Numbered from the stretch's first letter, positions 1-12,253 are shown. The stretch is DNA of 30,699 nt from Octopus sinensis (GCF_006345805.1 NW_021832492.1:1-30699), one strand, 5' to 3'. The notes: generated from the letters alone by a model not told the origin. Numbers and translations are program-made.

Positions 1-48
1 AAATGACTGAAACAAGTAAAAGAGTAAAAGAGAGAGAGTAAAAGAGTA
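1..48 (+). mobile_element. 3' tail of tRNA-derived SINE family A (cut by window edge)
   Basis: AAATGACTGAAACAAGTAAAAGAGTAAAAGAG matches the tail of the full copy at 6177-6624. Confidence 0.8.
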
Positions 49-355
49 TGTCTAATAGAGGCTGAAAGCCACAAATGGCAATGATATGAAGTACTAAATC
101 GATTAGTACTTGACTAATTTTTATTTCATCGTTATGTCTTTTACCCTTTCCATGACTCAGTCATTGGGCTGCAGCCACGCTGGAATGAAGACAGGCAGCA
201 GTTTTGAGGGAAGGGGACAAGTTGATTACAGTGGGGTTTTGGAACTGGAATGTAAAAGGCCGAGAATAAATACTTTAAGGCATTTTAATTGAAGCTTTCC
301 GATAGAAATATGTATTTGATATTAATGCTCCTCTTTTGATTTTATTTTTATATTT

Positions 356-800
356 GCACAGTGGTTAAGAAGCTCGTTGAGCAACCTGATGGTTCTGGGT
401 TCAGTTCATCTATGCGACATCTTGGACAAGTGCCCTCTGCTGTAGCCACGAGGCAACCAATGCCTTGTGAGTGTATTTTGTAGACGGAAACTGAAACAAG
501 CTCGTCGTATATATGTGTATATGTATGTGTGTATATGTATGTATGCATGTGTGAACTTTTACGTGTATGTGCATATGCATGTGTGTGTGTGTGTAAATGT
601 ATATTCTCACCGACTACTTGACAACTGGTATTTGCTTTGTTGAACTCTTCTGTAACTTAGAGATCCTGCAAAACCGGTAGAATAAGCTTTTGACATTTTT
701 TCAGAAAACTCAAAGTAATTGGGTCGATTTCTTCGACTGACCGTTACAGGGTGGCGCTGCAGCATGGCCATATTCTAATGACTGAAACAAGTAAAAGATA
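356..800 (+). mobile_element. Decayed SINE family A copy
   Basis: tRNA-like head (CAGTGGTTAAG...GGTTCAGTTC), CORE-like CTTGGACAAGTGCC, internal TA/TG microsatellite, tail CAGCATGGCC...ATGACTGAAACAAGTAAAAGATA. Confidence 0.8.
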
Positions 801-896
801 TAACAATTACTGTCCAAGACAGAATGCAATATAGTTTTTCCAGAAAACTACAGAGCCAAATGTATCAATCGCAGTACGTTAAAGGTGGCCCGACCT

Positions 897-1227
897 GGTT
901 CTCCGTCGGTTACGACGACGAGTATTCCAGCTGCTCTGATCAACGGAATAGCCTGCTCGTGATATTAACGTGCAAGTGGCTGAGCACTCCGCAGACAATA
1001 CGCGTACCCTTAATAAAGTTCTCAGGGAGATTCAGCGATTCACAGAATGTGACAAGGCTGGGCCTTTCAAATACAGATACAGACACAAATCATTTTTGCC
1101 AGCTGAGTGGACTGCAGCAACATGAAATAAAGTGTCTTGCTTAAGGACACAAAACGCTGCCAGGAACCGAAATCACAACCTTACCATCCTGAGCCGAATA
1201 CCCAAACCAGTAAGCCACGAGTCTTCA
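897..1227 (-). mobile_element. tRNA/CORE-type SINE family C
   Basis: Minus strand reads a tRNA-like head, then TGTGTCCTTAAGCAAGACACTTTATTTCATGTTGCTGCAGTCCACTCAGCTG (CORE-like, shared with family B), then a distinct 3' region ending GTCGTAACCGACGGAG. Confidence 0.75.
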
Positions 1228-1469
1228 AATCGAAGGGACGTAGCTTTTATATGATATCAGGACGACGAAAAACAAATTTGATCAGGGTTAAGAGTTGAAC
1301 CCCGCTCCACCTCCATTAAATTTGTTATGCTGCTACACTAGAGTGTAAATCATTCCATCTTATCATTCTACACGCTTCATTGGTTTCCTACCATCTTCAA
1401 TTGTCTTTTCATTTTGTACTTCATGTCTATATTCTCCTTTATTTTTTCGGACGCCATCTTTTTAATCAT

Positions 1470-1481
1470 TTATCTATCTAC

Positions 1482-1549
<68 letters not shown>

Positions 1550-1574
1550 ATCTACCTACCTACCTATCTATCTT

Positions 1575-1643
<69 letters not shown>

Positions 1644-1736
1644 TTATTTACCTATCTCTCTACCTATCTCTCCGTCTGTCTGTCTGTCTGTTGGTCTATT
1701 AATCTGTCTCTCAGTACAGTAAACACTTTCTGTTTG

Positions 1737-1785
<49 letters not shown>

Positions 1786-2345
1786 ATGCGTGCCTGCGCG
1801 CATAGAATTGTATATATGGGTCTGTATGAAGTACATACATATATATTAATATATATATATACACACACATATATATATATGCACACATATACACATATGC
1901 ATATGCATAAATATGTATGTATGTATACATAAGTGAATATATGTATACATATATGTATATAAGTATGTGTGTGTGTATCTGTTTATTTAACTTTATATCC
2001 GTCATCCTCAACAGCCAGGCATCTGTATATCCACCACCCAGCTTTTGGCCGCCAGTTTTCATCTCTCTCTCTCTCTCTCTCTCTCACTCTTTCTCTCCTC
2101 TCTCTCACTCTTTCTCTCTCTCTCCCTTACTCTCTGTCTCACTCACTCTCTCTCTCTCAGTCACACTATCACTCACTCATATATATACATGCGTAAGCGT
2201 GTGTGTGTATATACATGTATGTGTGTGTGTGCGTGAGTGTGCTCATGTGTGTGTGCATATGTATGCATGTGTGCCTGTCTGTATGTGTGTGTGTGTGTGT
2301 GGTGTGTGTGAGTACGTATGTGCATACGTGCGCGTATGTATGTCC
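1470..2345. repeat. Compound microsatellites (TCTA)n, (TG)n, (TA)n, (CT)n
   Basis: Direct inspection. Confidence 0.95.
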
Positions 2346-2499
2346 CCCTGGTTGCAAATATCTATTACAGTCTGTTGCTATTTTTAAACAGTCGTGTCTA
2401 AAAGGGAAACGCCCCGTAACAACAGCACTGTCGCATTTCAGCTGACGGTTACAACTAACAAGGCTCATAATCTCCACTGCTGCCTCTCTAAGGCGCATA

Positions 2500-2553
2500 C
2501 ATATATATACACGCATGCATACATACACACACATGCATACATACATATAAACT

Positions 2554-2597
<44 letters not shown>

Positions 2598-2780
2598 ACA
2601 TATATACGGGTGTGAGTATTTATATACATATATAAATAATATATACATATATAAATATTATATATAATATACATATATAAATATATATAAATATATATAT
2701 ATACATATATAAATATATTATATATATATATATCGGGGTGTGAGCGTGGTATGTATAATAATAGCTGTGTACATTATATA

Positions 2781-2811
<31 letters not shown>

Positions 2812-3160
2812 TTACATATATACGCACACACGTATGTATACGCAAGTATATATGTAAATATATATGTATGTATTATGTATGTATGTATGTATGTATGTAT
2901 GTATGTATGTATGTACGTACGTACGTACTTAATGATGTATGTACTTATGTACATACATACATACATACATAATACATACATACATACATATATGTATACG
3001 TACGTACCTACATATATACATGTATACTCACGATCATATATACATACATATACACTATATAAATATGTGTGACAGAGAGAGAGAGAGGGGCGAAGAGAAA
3101 GAGGGAGAAGGCAGAGAGAGGGGTAGGGTGAGGACGAGGAAGAGAGAGAGAGACAGATAG
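2500..3160. repeat. Compound (TA)n/(TATG)n/(GA)n microsatellites
   Basis: Direct inspection. Confidence 0.95.
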
Positions 3161-3343
3161 ATAGATAGACAGACACAAAGAAAGAAAGAAAGGGTAGATT
3201 CTGTGCTGCCATCGTTTTTGTTCTTACAAAGAAAAAGTGTTTGGCAGCCAACGTAGAAACAAAACTCCTTCCTTGAAAATTTAGACAATATCTGCCATGC
3301 TACCATATATGTACATATGTATGTGTATATGACAATATGTACG

Positions 3344-3377
<34 letters not shown>

Positions 3378-3473
3378 TGTATGTATGTATGTATGTATGT
3401 ATGTATGTATGTATGTATGACTGCATCTATATATGTATTCATGTACGCAATGTACGTATTGTTCTCTGTGTGT

Positions 3474-3541
3474 GTTAATACAATTGTTCGTTTGTTTTCC
3501 ACCTGCCTTCGTCTTTTGTTTATTTTCATAAAGCTTCCCGT

Positions 3542-3543
<2 letters not shown>
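3474..3543 (+). mobile_element. 3' tail fragment of a Penelope-type pseudo-LTR ending in (TA)n
   Basis: CACCTGCCTTCGTCTTTTGTTT resembles the tail of the hammerhead-bearing element at 25625-25816; its end TCATAAAGCTTCCCGTTATATA recurs at about 28704-28724, again running into (TA)n. Confidence 0.5.
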
Positions 3544-3573
<30 letters not shown>

Positions 3574-3659
3574 TGCTTCAATGTATTTTTATATGTATCT
3601 ATGTATGCATGTGTCCCGTCGTACATGCATGTAAGTTTGAGTGTATCTACGTACGTAAG

Positions 3660-3693
<34 letters not shown>

Positions 3694-3778
3694 TGTATGT
3701 ATGTATGTATGTATGTATGTATGTATGTATGTATGTATGTACGTATTCATGTACATATCTATGTATGTATGCAAGTCT

Positions 3779-3905
3779 GTCATTCTTATTTGAATTCCTT
3801 GTGTAAGAAAGGAACTGGTTAGTTCCTCACAAAGATACAAAGCTCTATCACTCTCTCTCCCTCTCTCCCCCTCTCTCTCTCTTTGTGAGTGTATGCGTGT
3901 ATTTG

Positions 3906-3936
<31 letters not shown>

Positions 3937-4091
3937 GCATGTATATATATATATACGTATGTATGTATGTATGTATGTATGTATGTATGTATGTATGTAT
4001 GTATGTATGTATGTATGGTCGTTCTTATTTAAATTCTTTGTATAGGAAAGGAACTGGTTAGTTTCTCACAAAGACACAAAGCTCCATCACT
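3779..4091 (+). repeat. 74-bp direct repeat (3779-3852 and 4018-4091), each copy preceded by (TATG)n
   Basis: 66/74 identical by manual alignment; all 8 differences are transitions. Confidence 0.9.
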
Positions 4092-4484
4092 GGTATTTGG
4101 TATAATAAAAAGGAAAAGGGCCACATGCTGTATTACTGAAACGTTTTGCAAATTTTTGCTCTTCCGCTTACAGCTTGCCTTTGTAAAGTGCACGTTTGCT
4201 AGTAACTTACTTTGCCGGAAAACCCTTGCTCTTCAAGATTACTGCTTAGACATTTGCTAATACTGCCGGGAACACCAGCCATTATAGTATAAAATGTCGA
4301 TTTATTATCTATGCAGATAAGCTGTAGGTTTTCAAATCGCTCTCAGTAAATATTTTCCGCCATACTGATTTTGAAAGAGATTTCTACAGAGCAGCTGACC
4401 TCTGCTGCTGTACATAATTTTTCTTCTGTTCCCAAACAGCTTTGTCAATCCTGTTATGTTTGCACTTGGCCGAAGTTCTTATGT

Positions 4485-5533
4485 ATACATGTATGCTTGT
4501 ATGCATGCGTCTATGTATGTATGTATGTATGTATGTATGTATGTATGTATGTATGTATGGATGGATGTATGTAGTATGTATGTATATGTTGTGAGTATGT
4601 ATGTCAATGATGTATGTTGTATGTGATGTATGTACGTATGTGATGTTTAGCATGTATATAGCATGCATGTGTGTATCGTGTATGTACATGAATGTAGATG
4701 GTATGTGTATAGAACTATAGGTATGTTATGTACGTATGTGTGTGTATGTATGTTGCATAAATGTATGTACGTATGCAGGTATGCATGTATCAATGTGTAT
4801 GCATGTATGTATGTTTGTATGCATGTATATATGTACGTATATGTATATATGCATGCATGCAAGTATGTATGCATGTATGTACATGTATGTCGATATGTAT
4901 GTATATGTATGCATGCATGTATATCTATGTATATGTATGTATCTGTATGTATACATATATGTATGTATGTGTGTATGTATACATAAATGTATGTACGTAT
5001 GCATATATGCATGTAAGAATGTATATGCGTGTATGTATGTTTGTATGCAGGTATATATGCACGTATATGTATATATGCATGCATGCGAGTATGTATGCAT
5101 TATCTACACGTATGTCGATACGTATGTATATGTATGCATGCATGAATATATCCATGTATGCATGTATGTATAGGTGTGTGTGTGTGTGTTTGTACACATA
5201 CACACACAAACACAAACATACACACATATAAATTTAGTATGTATGAGCCATACATATATGTAAATGGGGGGTGGGATTAAATATAAGCATTTCTACACAT
5301 TTGCATGTATGGATGTATGACTACCATACTGCGTGTCATTTCTTACGTGTGCGTTTCTTTTCCAAACAATGTATATATTCATGTTTTCTAACGCATGAGT
5401 GTATATATATAGAATTATATCTATCTATCATCTATCTGTCTATCTACTTTCTGTCTGTCTCTATCCTTGCCTCTCTATATGTATGAGTGTGAGTATGTGT
5501 ATATGTCTGTGCATTTGTGTGTATATGTATGTA

Positions 5534-5600
<67 letters not shown>

Positions 5601-5712
5601 TAATATATATATATTATATATATATATAATATGATATTATATATATATGATATATTATGATGATGGTGGGGTAGCGGTGCTATGTATATGTGTATATGCA
5701 TGTGTATGTGTG

Positions 5713-5761
<49 letters not shown>

Positions 5762-5770
5762 ATATATTAC
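4485..5770. repeat. Degenerate (TATG)n array with internal duplication, then (TA)n
   Basis: Direct inspection; a block containing GTCGATA recurs at about 4800-4930 and 5027-5160. Confidence 0.9.
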
Positions 5771-5846
5771 ACACGTAGTCTTTTTTGTTTCTCTTGTTTG
5801 ATTATTTATATTCTTCCTCTTCAACAGATGGAATATTGTTGACTGG

Positions 5847-5865
5847 CAAAAAAATAATAGTAGTA

Positions 5866-5914
<49 letters not shown>

Positions 5915-5982
5915 TAATAATAATAATAATAATAATAAAATAATAATAATAGTAATAGCAATGATGATGATAATAATAATAA
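5847..5982. repeat. (AAT)n microsatellite
   Basis: Direct inspection. Confidence 0.95.
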
Positions 5983-6176
5983 TAAACAAACTGGTAGCTG
6001 CACCAATTAACAAATCCCCGTCAGAGAACGAAAATGATGACGTAAATTGTGATAAATATCTGAAATTTTTAGTATTTCATAAAGATATCAAAAAATTCTC
6101 GATTATGGTTTGTGACACTAAGTTTAGTATTTAATAAGCAGCGGGGGAATGACTTGTATCGGATCATTTATGTATT

Positions 6177-6624
6177 TACTCTTTTACTCTTTTACTCTTT
6201 TACCTGTTTCAGTCATTTGACTGCGGCCATGCTGGAGCACCGCCTTTTAGTCGAGAAAATCGACGCCCGGGACTTATTCTTTTTGTAAGCCCAGTACTTA
6301 TTCATCGGTCTCCTTTGCCGAACCGCTAAGTGACGGGGACGTAAACACACCAGCATCGGTTGTCAAACAATGCTAGTGGGACAAACACAGACACAAACAC
6401 ACACACAATATTATATATATATATATATATAAATATATATATATTATAATATATACATATATACACAGGCTTCTTTCAGTTTCCATCTACCAAATCCACT
6501 CACAAGGCATTGGTCGGCCCGGGGCTATAGTAGAAGACACTTGCCCAAGCTGCCACGCAGTGGGACTGAACCCGAACCATGTGGTTGGTTAGCAAGCTAC
6601 TTACCACACAGCCACTCCTGCGCC
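6177..6624 (-). mobile_element. Full-length tRNA-derived SINE family A
   Basis: Minus strand: GGCGCAGGAGTGGCTGTGTGGTAAG (A box), GGTTCGGGTTCAGTCCC (B box), CORE-like CTTGGGCAAGTGTCTT, internal microsatellite, tail (GTAAAAGA)n. Confidence 0.9.
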
Positions 6625-6944
6625 TATTTGTTTATTTTTGTCTGGTTGGTTGTTTTGTTTTGTCTTGTTTTTGTTTTTCGCTTATTGCTACAAGATTTGA
6701 TGACCCCAGCCTGCATGTTTTTCGTCAAAATGTTGCTCATCCATGGCTGGTCTAGAAGTTACACAGCAGCAATAAGAGCAGGGAAATCTCCTGATCGAAG
6801 TGCATTCGATATGCATCAGTCACGTGCTGCTATATCATAAATACGCAACACTTTACAGAGAGAGAGAGAGAGATTTCAGCTTGCCTAGGGTTTTTTTTAT
6901 CAAAGGGCTGTGCAACCGGGGTTGGCCTAAAAAATAAACGATAA

Positions 6945-7373
6945 CAGCAACAACTAAACTAATACTACTACTGCAACGCCACCTCGCGATCGATCAGGTA
7001 CTGATTAAATCAAACACCAATCAATCATCAATCAAGCACTGATTTTATCAATCACATATTACAACTCCTTTGAAATCAATAGCTTTGAACAAATGTGGCG
7101 AGGTTTTCCGAGCACGAGACCTAATGTCCCATTTTGTATTTCCTTCTCCCAGGACAAACAGCAACAACTAAGCTATTACTACTACTGCAACGCCACCTCG
7201 CGATCGATCAAGTACTGATTAAATCAAGCATTAATCAATCATCAATCAAGCACTGATTTTATCAATCACATATTACAAACTCCTTTGAAATCAATAGCTT
7301 TAAACAAAAATAGCGAGGTTTTCCGAGCACGAGACCTAATGTCCCATTTTGTATTTCCTTCTCCCAGGACAAA
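6945..7373 (+). repeat. Head-to-tail duplication of a ~214-bp unit (6945-7158, 7159-7373)
   Basis: Both units run from CAGCAACAACTAA to TCTCCCAGGACAAA with few differences. Confidence 0.9.
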
Positions 7374-7659
7374 TTAAATTTTGTTTTTTTTTAAAGCATC
7401 AGTAACGTCTAATTGTTAACTTTTTCATTTCTTTTCTTTTGTTTATTGAGTTTTTTGTTTGTTTGTGTGTTTTTCTCGAGCTCTATGTCACATGAGACAG
7501 GATACCCGCTTTGTATGGTGTACAAGTGACCAAGATCACAAATGAAAACATTGTTCCTGAATAGGACCCTAGGTGGAGGGTACGACCCGATTACGTTGAC
7601 CCTCCACTATTCTTGACTGATACTTTATCTTATCTACCCAGGTGTACATGCTTACATTG

Positions 7660-8637
7660 GTACAAGGGTGGCTGTATGGTAATAAGATTGCTTCCCAACC
7701 ACAAGGTTCCGGATTCAGTCCCACTGCATGGCATGGCATCTTGACCAAAAGTCTTCTTGTATAGCCTTGTGCCCATCAAAGACTTGCGAGTGGATTTGAT
7801 AGACGGAAACTTAAAGAAGCCCATTGTGTGTGTGTGTGTGCGTGCTTTGCAGTATACGTGTTTGTCCCACCCCACCACTGCTAGACAAACAGTGTTAGTT
7901 TGTTTATGCCCAGCATAATGTATTGCGTTTCCGCAATAGTGATCTATAGAATCAGAACTTGACTTGGATCTCTTCGGTTTGAACGGCAGTTTTTATCATA
8001 ATTTCTAGTTAACTAAACACTTTTAAACTTCGTATACTGGTAGAATGTGTTTATAAAACATCATTTTTTCTGGGCTTTATTGAGAAAATTCTATAGTTTG
8101 TAAGATATTGGATCTTTTCCTTTTGAACGGCACTTTTCAACACAATTTCTAGTTAACTAAACACTTTTAAACTTCGTATACTGATAGAATGTGTTTATAA
8201 AACATCTTTTTCTCTTGGCTTTATTGAGAAAATTCTATAGTTTGTAATATATTTGTTGTTTTTTTTCTTCAACTTCTGCAATTTCAACCAATCACTGACG
8301 TCTATTGAAGTAAAAAAAATATTCCGTGCCGTATGAATATGTCCCTCGTTTAAGAAACAGATTGGGTTTATTTACATTTCTGAAGAAAAACAGATACCCT
8401 TCACCCCACCCCTAACCCTAACTAACCCTAACCCTAAAACAGATTGAAATGCAATAGATCGATACTAGGGTCATAATTATGGGTGACAATTTCATATGAC
8501 ACCACTAGAAAAAACTGCCGTTCAAACCGAAAAGATCCCTTGACTTAACTAAACTATGCAGTAGTGAAGGTTTGTTCGGCTAAAAGCTTTCCAAGCGCTA
8601 CTATAGCATGGCCACAATCCAACGAATGAAAAAAAGG
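7660..8637 (+). mobile_element. Old SINE family A copy interrupted by a MITE
   Basis: Head and CORE at about 7660-7820; body resumes after 8546 and ends TAGCATGGCCACAATCCAACGAATGAAAAAAAGG, a degenerate family A tail. Confidence 0.7.
7966..8538. mobile_element. MITE with 29-bp TIRs and 8-bp TSD (superfamily uncertain; GG termini fit Merlin)
   Basis: TIRs GGATCTCTTCGGTTTGAACGGCAGTTTTT (7966-7994) and 8510-8538 match 28/29. TSD CTTGACTT at 7958-7965 and 8539-8546. No ORF. Confidence 0.9.
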
Positions 8638-9369
8638 TTTTTAAAATACACACATGCACACTCGCACGTATTCATATATAACATTTTGCCATTCACATGT
8701 CTTTAGCTCAAGAACAAAACCACAAATCTCTCCGTAACACATAAAAGTTTTATTGTTGTAAAATATAAAATAAGAAAGGAAAAGCAATACAACGAAGCGT
8801 TTAAGCTTTTCCTTGCATAGATTAAACTCCGTTCGAAGTTCACATCAATCTTGACATTACTTGTCCACCAAAATGATAAAACGCACTTCTTGTTCATCTG
8901 ATAAAATAACGAAAATGTTGCGTTTAAGCCGTACAATTACCTTCTCTCTGGACTCAGATATATATCATTGTTCTCGCAAACGAAGAAATACGGAATGTAG
9001 AAATTACTCTCTGATGTCAATACTAATTAATCTCTATGAGAAATGTTCGATAATTACCTAAATTCTTGCCAACATAAAACTTCTAGATATCCAATACTTG
9101 GAAATAAAGTCGCTAATAATTAACTTTTATGTAGACAGCGGTTGTTCTTATGTGGACGATAATACAAGAGCTGGGAGAGTCATTAGCTGTAGAGAGAGAG
9201 GAGGGGAAGAAAGAGTGAAAGAGAAAAGAAAAGTGGGAGAAAAAGAGAGAGAGAGAGAAAAGGGAAGAGAAAGGGAGAGTATTAACTTCTCAGTGGTCGT
9301 GATGGTGTTGGTGTGGGGGTTGATGGGAGGTCATATCATATTTAAATGAGATTTTATTTGAGACAGAAT

Positions 9370-9486
9370 GCGTGCACAGCCTAGCAGTTACGAGTGTTCG
9401 ATTCGTGATCGCTAGTTTGGGAGTTCAAGTCCTAGATCGGTGAGTGCGTGTTAAATCGTTGAGCAACGCGTATCATTTCACGTTGC
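9370..9486 (+). mobile_element. Decayed tRNA/CORE SINE head
   Basis: GGGAGTTCAAGTCCTAGATCGG B-box-like, followed by CORE-like TTGAGCAA...ATTTCACGTTGCT. Confidence 0.55.
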
Positions 9487-9517
9487 TACAATGAACTAAT
9501 CCAGGAGCTGGTATGCA

Positions 9518-9581
<64 letters not shown>

Positions 9582-9585
9582 TCTC

Positions 9586-9634
<49 letters not shown>

Positions 9635-9643
9635 TCCTAGATA

Positions 9644-9891
9644 TCCTTTCTACTATAGGCACAAGGCCTGAAATTTGGTGAAGGAGATAATCGATTACAT
9701 GATGCATACCGGTTTAAAATTTTGGCACACGGTCAACAATTTCCAGTGAAGAAGAGGTAAGTCAATTACATCGACCTCAGTGCGCAACTGGTATTTATTT
9801 TATCGATCCCGAAAAGAAGGAAAGGCAAAGTCGACCTCGGTGGCATTTGAACACAGAAAGTAAAGACGGACGAAATGCCGCTAGGCATTTT
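9644..9891 (-). mobile_element. SINE family D copy (5' truncated)
   Basis: Minus strand contains GAGGTCGACTTTGCCTTTCCTTCTTTTCGGGATCGATAAA and tail GGCCTTGTGCCTATAGTAGAAAGGA. Confidence 0.75.
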
Positions 9892-9999
9892 GAAAGCCAT
9901 GATACGAAGAGCACTTTAAATTGCACCGACAAGAGAGTAGCTTTGCCGAGCTAGAAATAACAGTTAAACCTCCCCGAAGCTACATGATATATGTGTGCA

Positions 10000-10229
10000 C
10001 GCGCGGTCGTGTTTTTGTGCTTGCGTTCGCACCCTTTTACTATTTGCCAATCGGTGTTGGTTTTTTTACGTCCTCTTAACTTTGCATTTCAGCGAGAAAA
10101 ACAAATGGTCGATAGTATAAGTACCAGACTTTCAAAGAAAAAAAAGGTCTGGGATCGATTTCTTCAACTAAACAAATTAAGGAGATGCCCCAGTCAGGCC
10201 ACAGTCCAATAGCTGAAACAAGTAAAGAG
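10000..10229 (+). mobile_element. Decayed 3' half of SINE family A
   Basis: GATAGTATAAGTACCAG...GGATCGATTTCTTCAACT...GGCCACAGTCCAATAGCTGAAACAAGTAAAG. Confidence 0.65.
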
Positions 10230-10312
10230 CGTTTAAGGCAAAACGCATTTACCTTTAAATTCGAAAACATGTGTACATCTAAATCACATTTCAATAACAG
10301 GATTATTAAACA

Positions 10313-10706
10313 CTAGCAGTATCGCCCGGCGTTGCTCGGGTTTGTAAGGGAAATAACTATATAAGCATTTTTAGAGAGTTATAGCCAAAAAATAGCAAAA
10401 AAATGCATTAAAAATGGAAAAAAATGATAGTAAATTTTTTTTAAATCGTTGACTCATCGTAGACATTTTTAGAGAGTTACTTCCCTTATATAATAGCGAA
10501 AAAATGCATTAAAATGGAAAGAAATGATGGTAAATTTTTTTTAAATCGTAGACTCATCGTAGACGCGCGCTAATACCCAGAAGGGCTCGATATGAATCAT
10601 GACTATAAGATACCCGGTTTTGGTTAAACTGCACCGCAAAATGTGGGAGTAGTTAGGAATCTAAATCGTAGGAGACAGACACTCACACAACTTTTATATA
10701 TATAGA
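10313..10706 (-). mobile_element. Non-autonomous Helitron, copy 1
   Basis: Minus strand reads A|TC...GC-rich hairpin (CCCGAGCAACGCCGGG)...CTAG|T, the canonical Helitron termini and AT target, with no TSD. Second copy at 11701-12092. Confidence 0.8.
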
Positions 10707-11134
10707 TTAGTAATCCTGTGGCGGATCGGCGGCCCGTCCAATTGGGGAATATATATGCCATGGAAACCGGGAAACCGGTCCTTATGTGTAAATATGACTC
10801 AAAAAGGTAATTTTACCTTTATTCCTTTTCTTTTTACTACTGTTTCCTACATATTTGTGTTAACAGTGAGATTCAATCACATTTAAGCGATCTTTACAAA
10901 TAATCTATAGAATTTAGGGCCAGCACTTAAAAGTGGTTGACTCACACTGCTAACACAAAATGGTAGAAAATAATATTGACTTATAAACCTTTAATAAACT
11001 CGCTAATATATTATACCTGCTGAACGAAATACGGTGCCCTACAAGCAATTAATATGCACGTACCAGTTGCCAGGAACAGTTATTATATAAAATTGTTATA
11101 TCCAGATACGTTACACAGCAATATTTAGCAATGT

Positions 11135-11179
11135 GGTACTGATGACAGAGCAAGGAGTTCTGAAATACGCATATACACC
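11135..11179 (+). ncRNA. Degenerate type I hammerhead-like motif
   Basis: GGTA CTGATGA C AGAGC aagga GTTCT GAAA TA cgca TAT A CACC; stem I has an A.C mismatch next to the core. Confidence 0.4.
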
Positions 11180-11700
11180 TATTATGTATTTTTCCTTATT
11201 CAAACACGTTGTTTACATTAATATATTTGTGTACGAAACGTTGTGACTTTCATAGTTAACTCTAAATTCAATAGAATTTCTGAAGAGAAAACATAAACGT
11301 GAATTCATTTTATTGCTCCTGGAAAAGATAAATGTAAAATTTCAAAAATATATAAAAGCGGGGGTTGAACACAAACAGGAATCGACGTTACTGAATACCG
11401 TTTCTCCCGTCATTGCAATTCCACCCACAACAACAGCGGTTCTGTTAGAGTGGCAACGACACGAAATATCTTAGCCCCCAGTCTACATAACTTTGTTTTC
11501 ATGTCATTAATTGTGATGGCATATGACCAAAATTAATGTTGTTTAATGGAAAAAGAGAAAGTACTTTCAGTGTATATACTGGAGATGTTTGTGTGTTTAT
11601 GCATGTCACTGTGTGCGAGTGAATATGAAACCGTGGAGGTGGATAGAATAATAATGAAACGTTATCATTACAGAAATGACGCTTCATATTTATATATATA

Positions 11701-12089
11701 CTAGCAGTATCGCCCGGCGTTGCTCGGATTTGTAAGGGAAATAACTATATAAGCATTTTTAGAGATGTAAAGTATAATAGCCATCTCAATATGGCTAACC
11801 ACAAAGGGGTGTGTTACTGTAGCTTTTTACGTTCTGAGATTTAATAATACCTTTTTAGGGAGTTACTTCCCTTATATATGCCAAAAATGCATTAAAAATG
11901 GAAAAAATTGATGGTAAATTTTTTTTAAAATCGTAGACTCATCGTAGACGTGCGCTAATACCCAGAAGAGCTCGATATGAATCACGACTATAAGATACCC
12001 GCTTTTGGTTACACTGCACCGCAAAATGTGGGAGTAGTTAAGAATCTAAATCGTAGGAGACAGACACACAACTTCACTTTTATATATAA

Positions 12090-12092
<3 letters not shown>
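11701..12092 (-). mobile_element. Non-autonomous Helitron, copy 2
   Basis: Same termini and hairpin as 10313-10706 (A|TC...CTAG|T) with a different internal module. Confidence 0.8.
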
Positions 12093-12133
<41 letters not shown>

Positions 12134-12136
<3 letters not shown>

Positions 12137-12250
12137 CCTGCTCGCTTAGCCAGCGGGGTTGCGTCATTTGAAGGCTAAAACAATGCGTAGCGCATTGTGA
12201 CCAGCGATGTGTAGCAACATCTGATAGCCTGGTCGGTCACAGTGATCACG

Positions 12251-12253
<3 letters not shown>
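12134..12253 (+). repeat. Unclassified repeat fragment between (TA)n arrays, possibly a retroposon 3' end
   Basis: Ends in a short repeated GTGATCAC-type tail; family assignment is from recall only. Confidence 0.35.

Noticed and set aside
89-111. 8-bp hairpin AAGTACTA/TAGTACTT
   Set aside because: Lies among decayed SINE-like fragments; too short to support a function.
4200-4320. Minus-strand open stretch ending at a GTAAGT donor (...EQGFSGK)
   Set aside because: Acceptor is weak, neighbouring frames have stops and no protein is recognisable.
6945-7373. CRISPR-like or other repeat-spacer array
   Set aside because: Repeats here and elsewhere are contiguous or microsatellite-separated duplications without unique equal-length spacers, and the context is eukaryotic.
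8410-8437. Telomere or chromosome-fusion remnant
   Set aside because: Only four CCCTAA units, and they lie inside a TIR- and TSD-bounded MITE.
9010-9058. CTGATGT...GAAATGTT hammerhead-like spacing
   Set aside because: Core mismatched, only a 3-bp stem II and stem I out of register; likely chance in AT-rich DNA.
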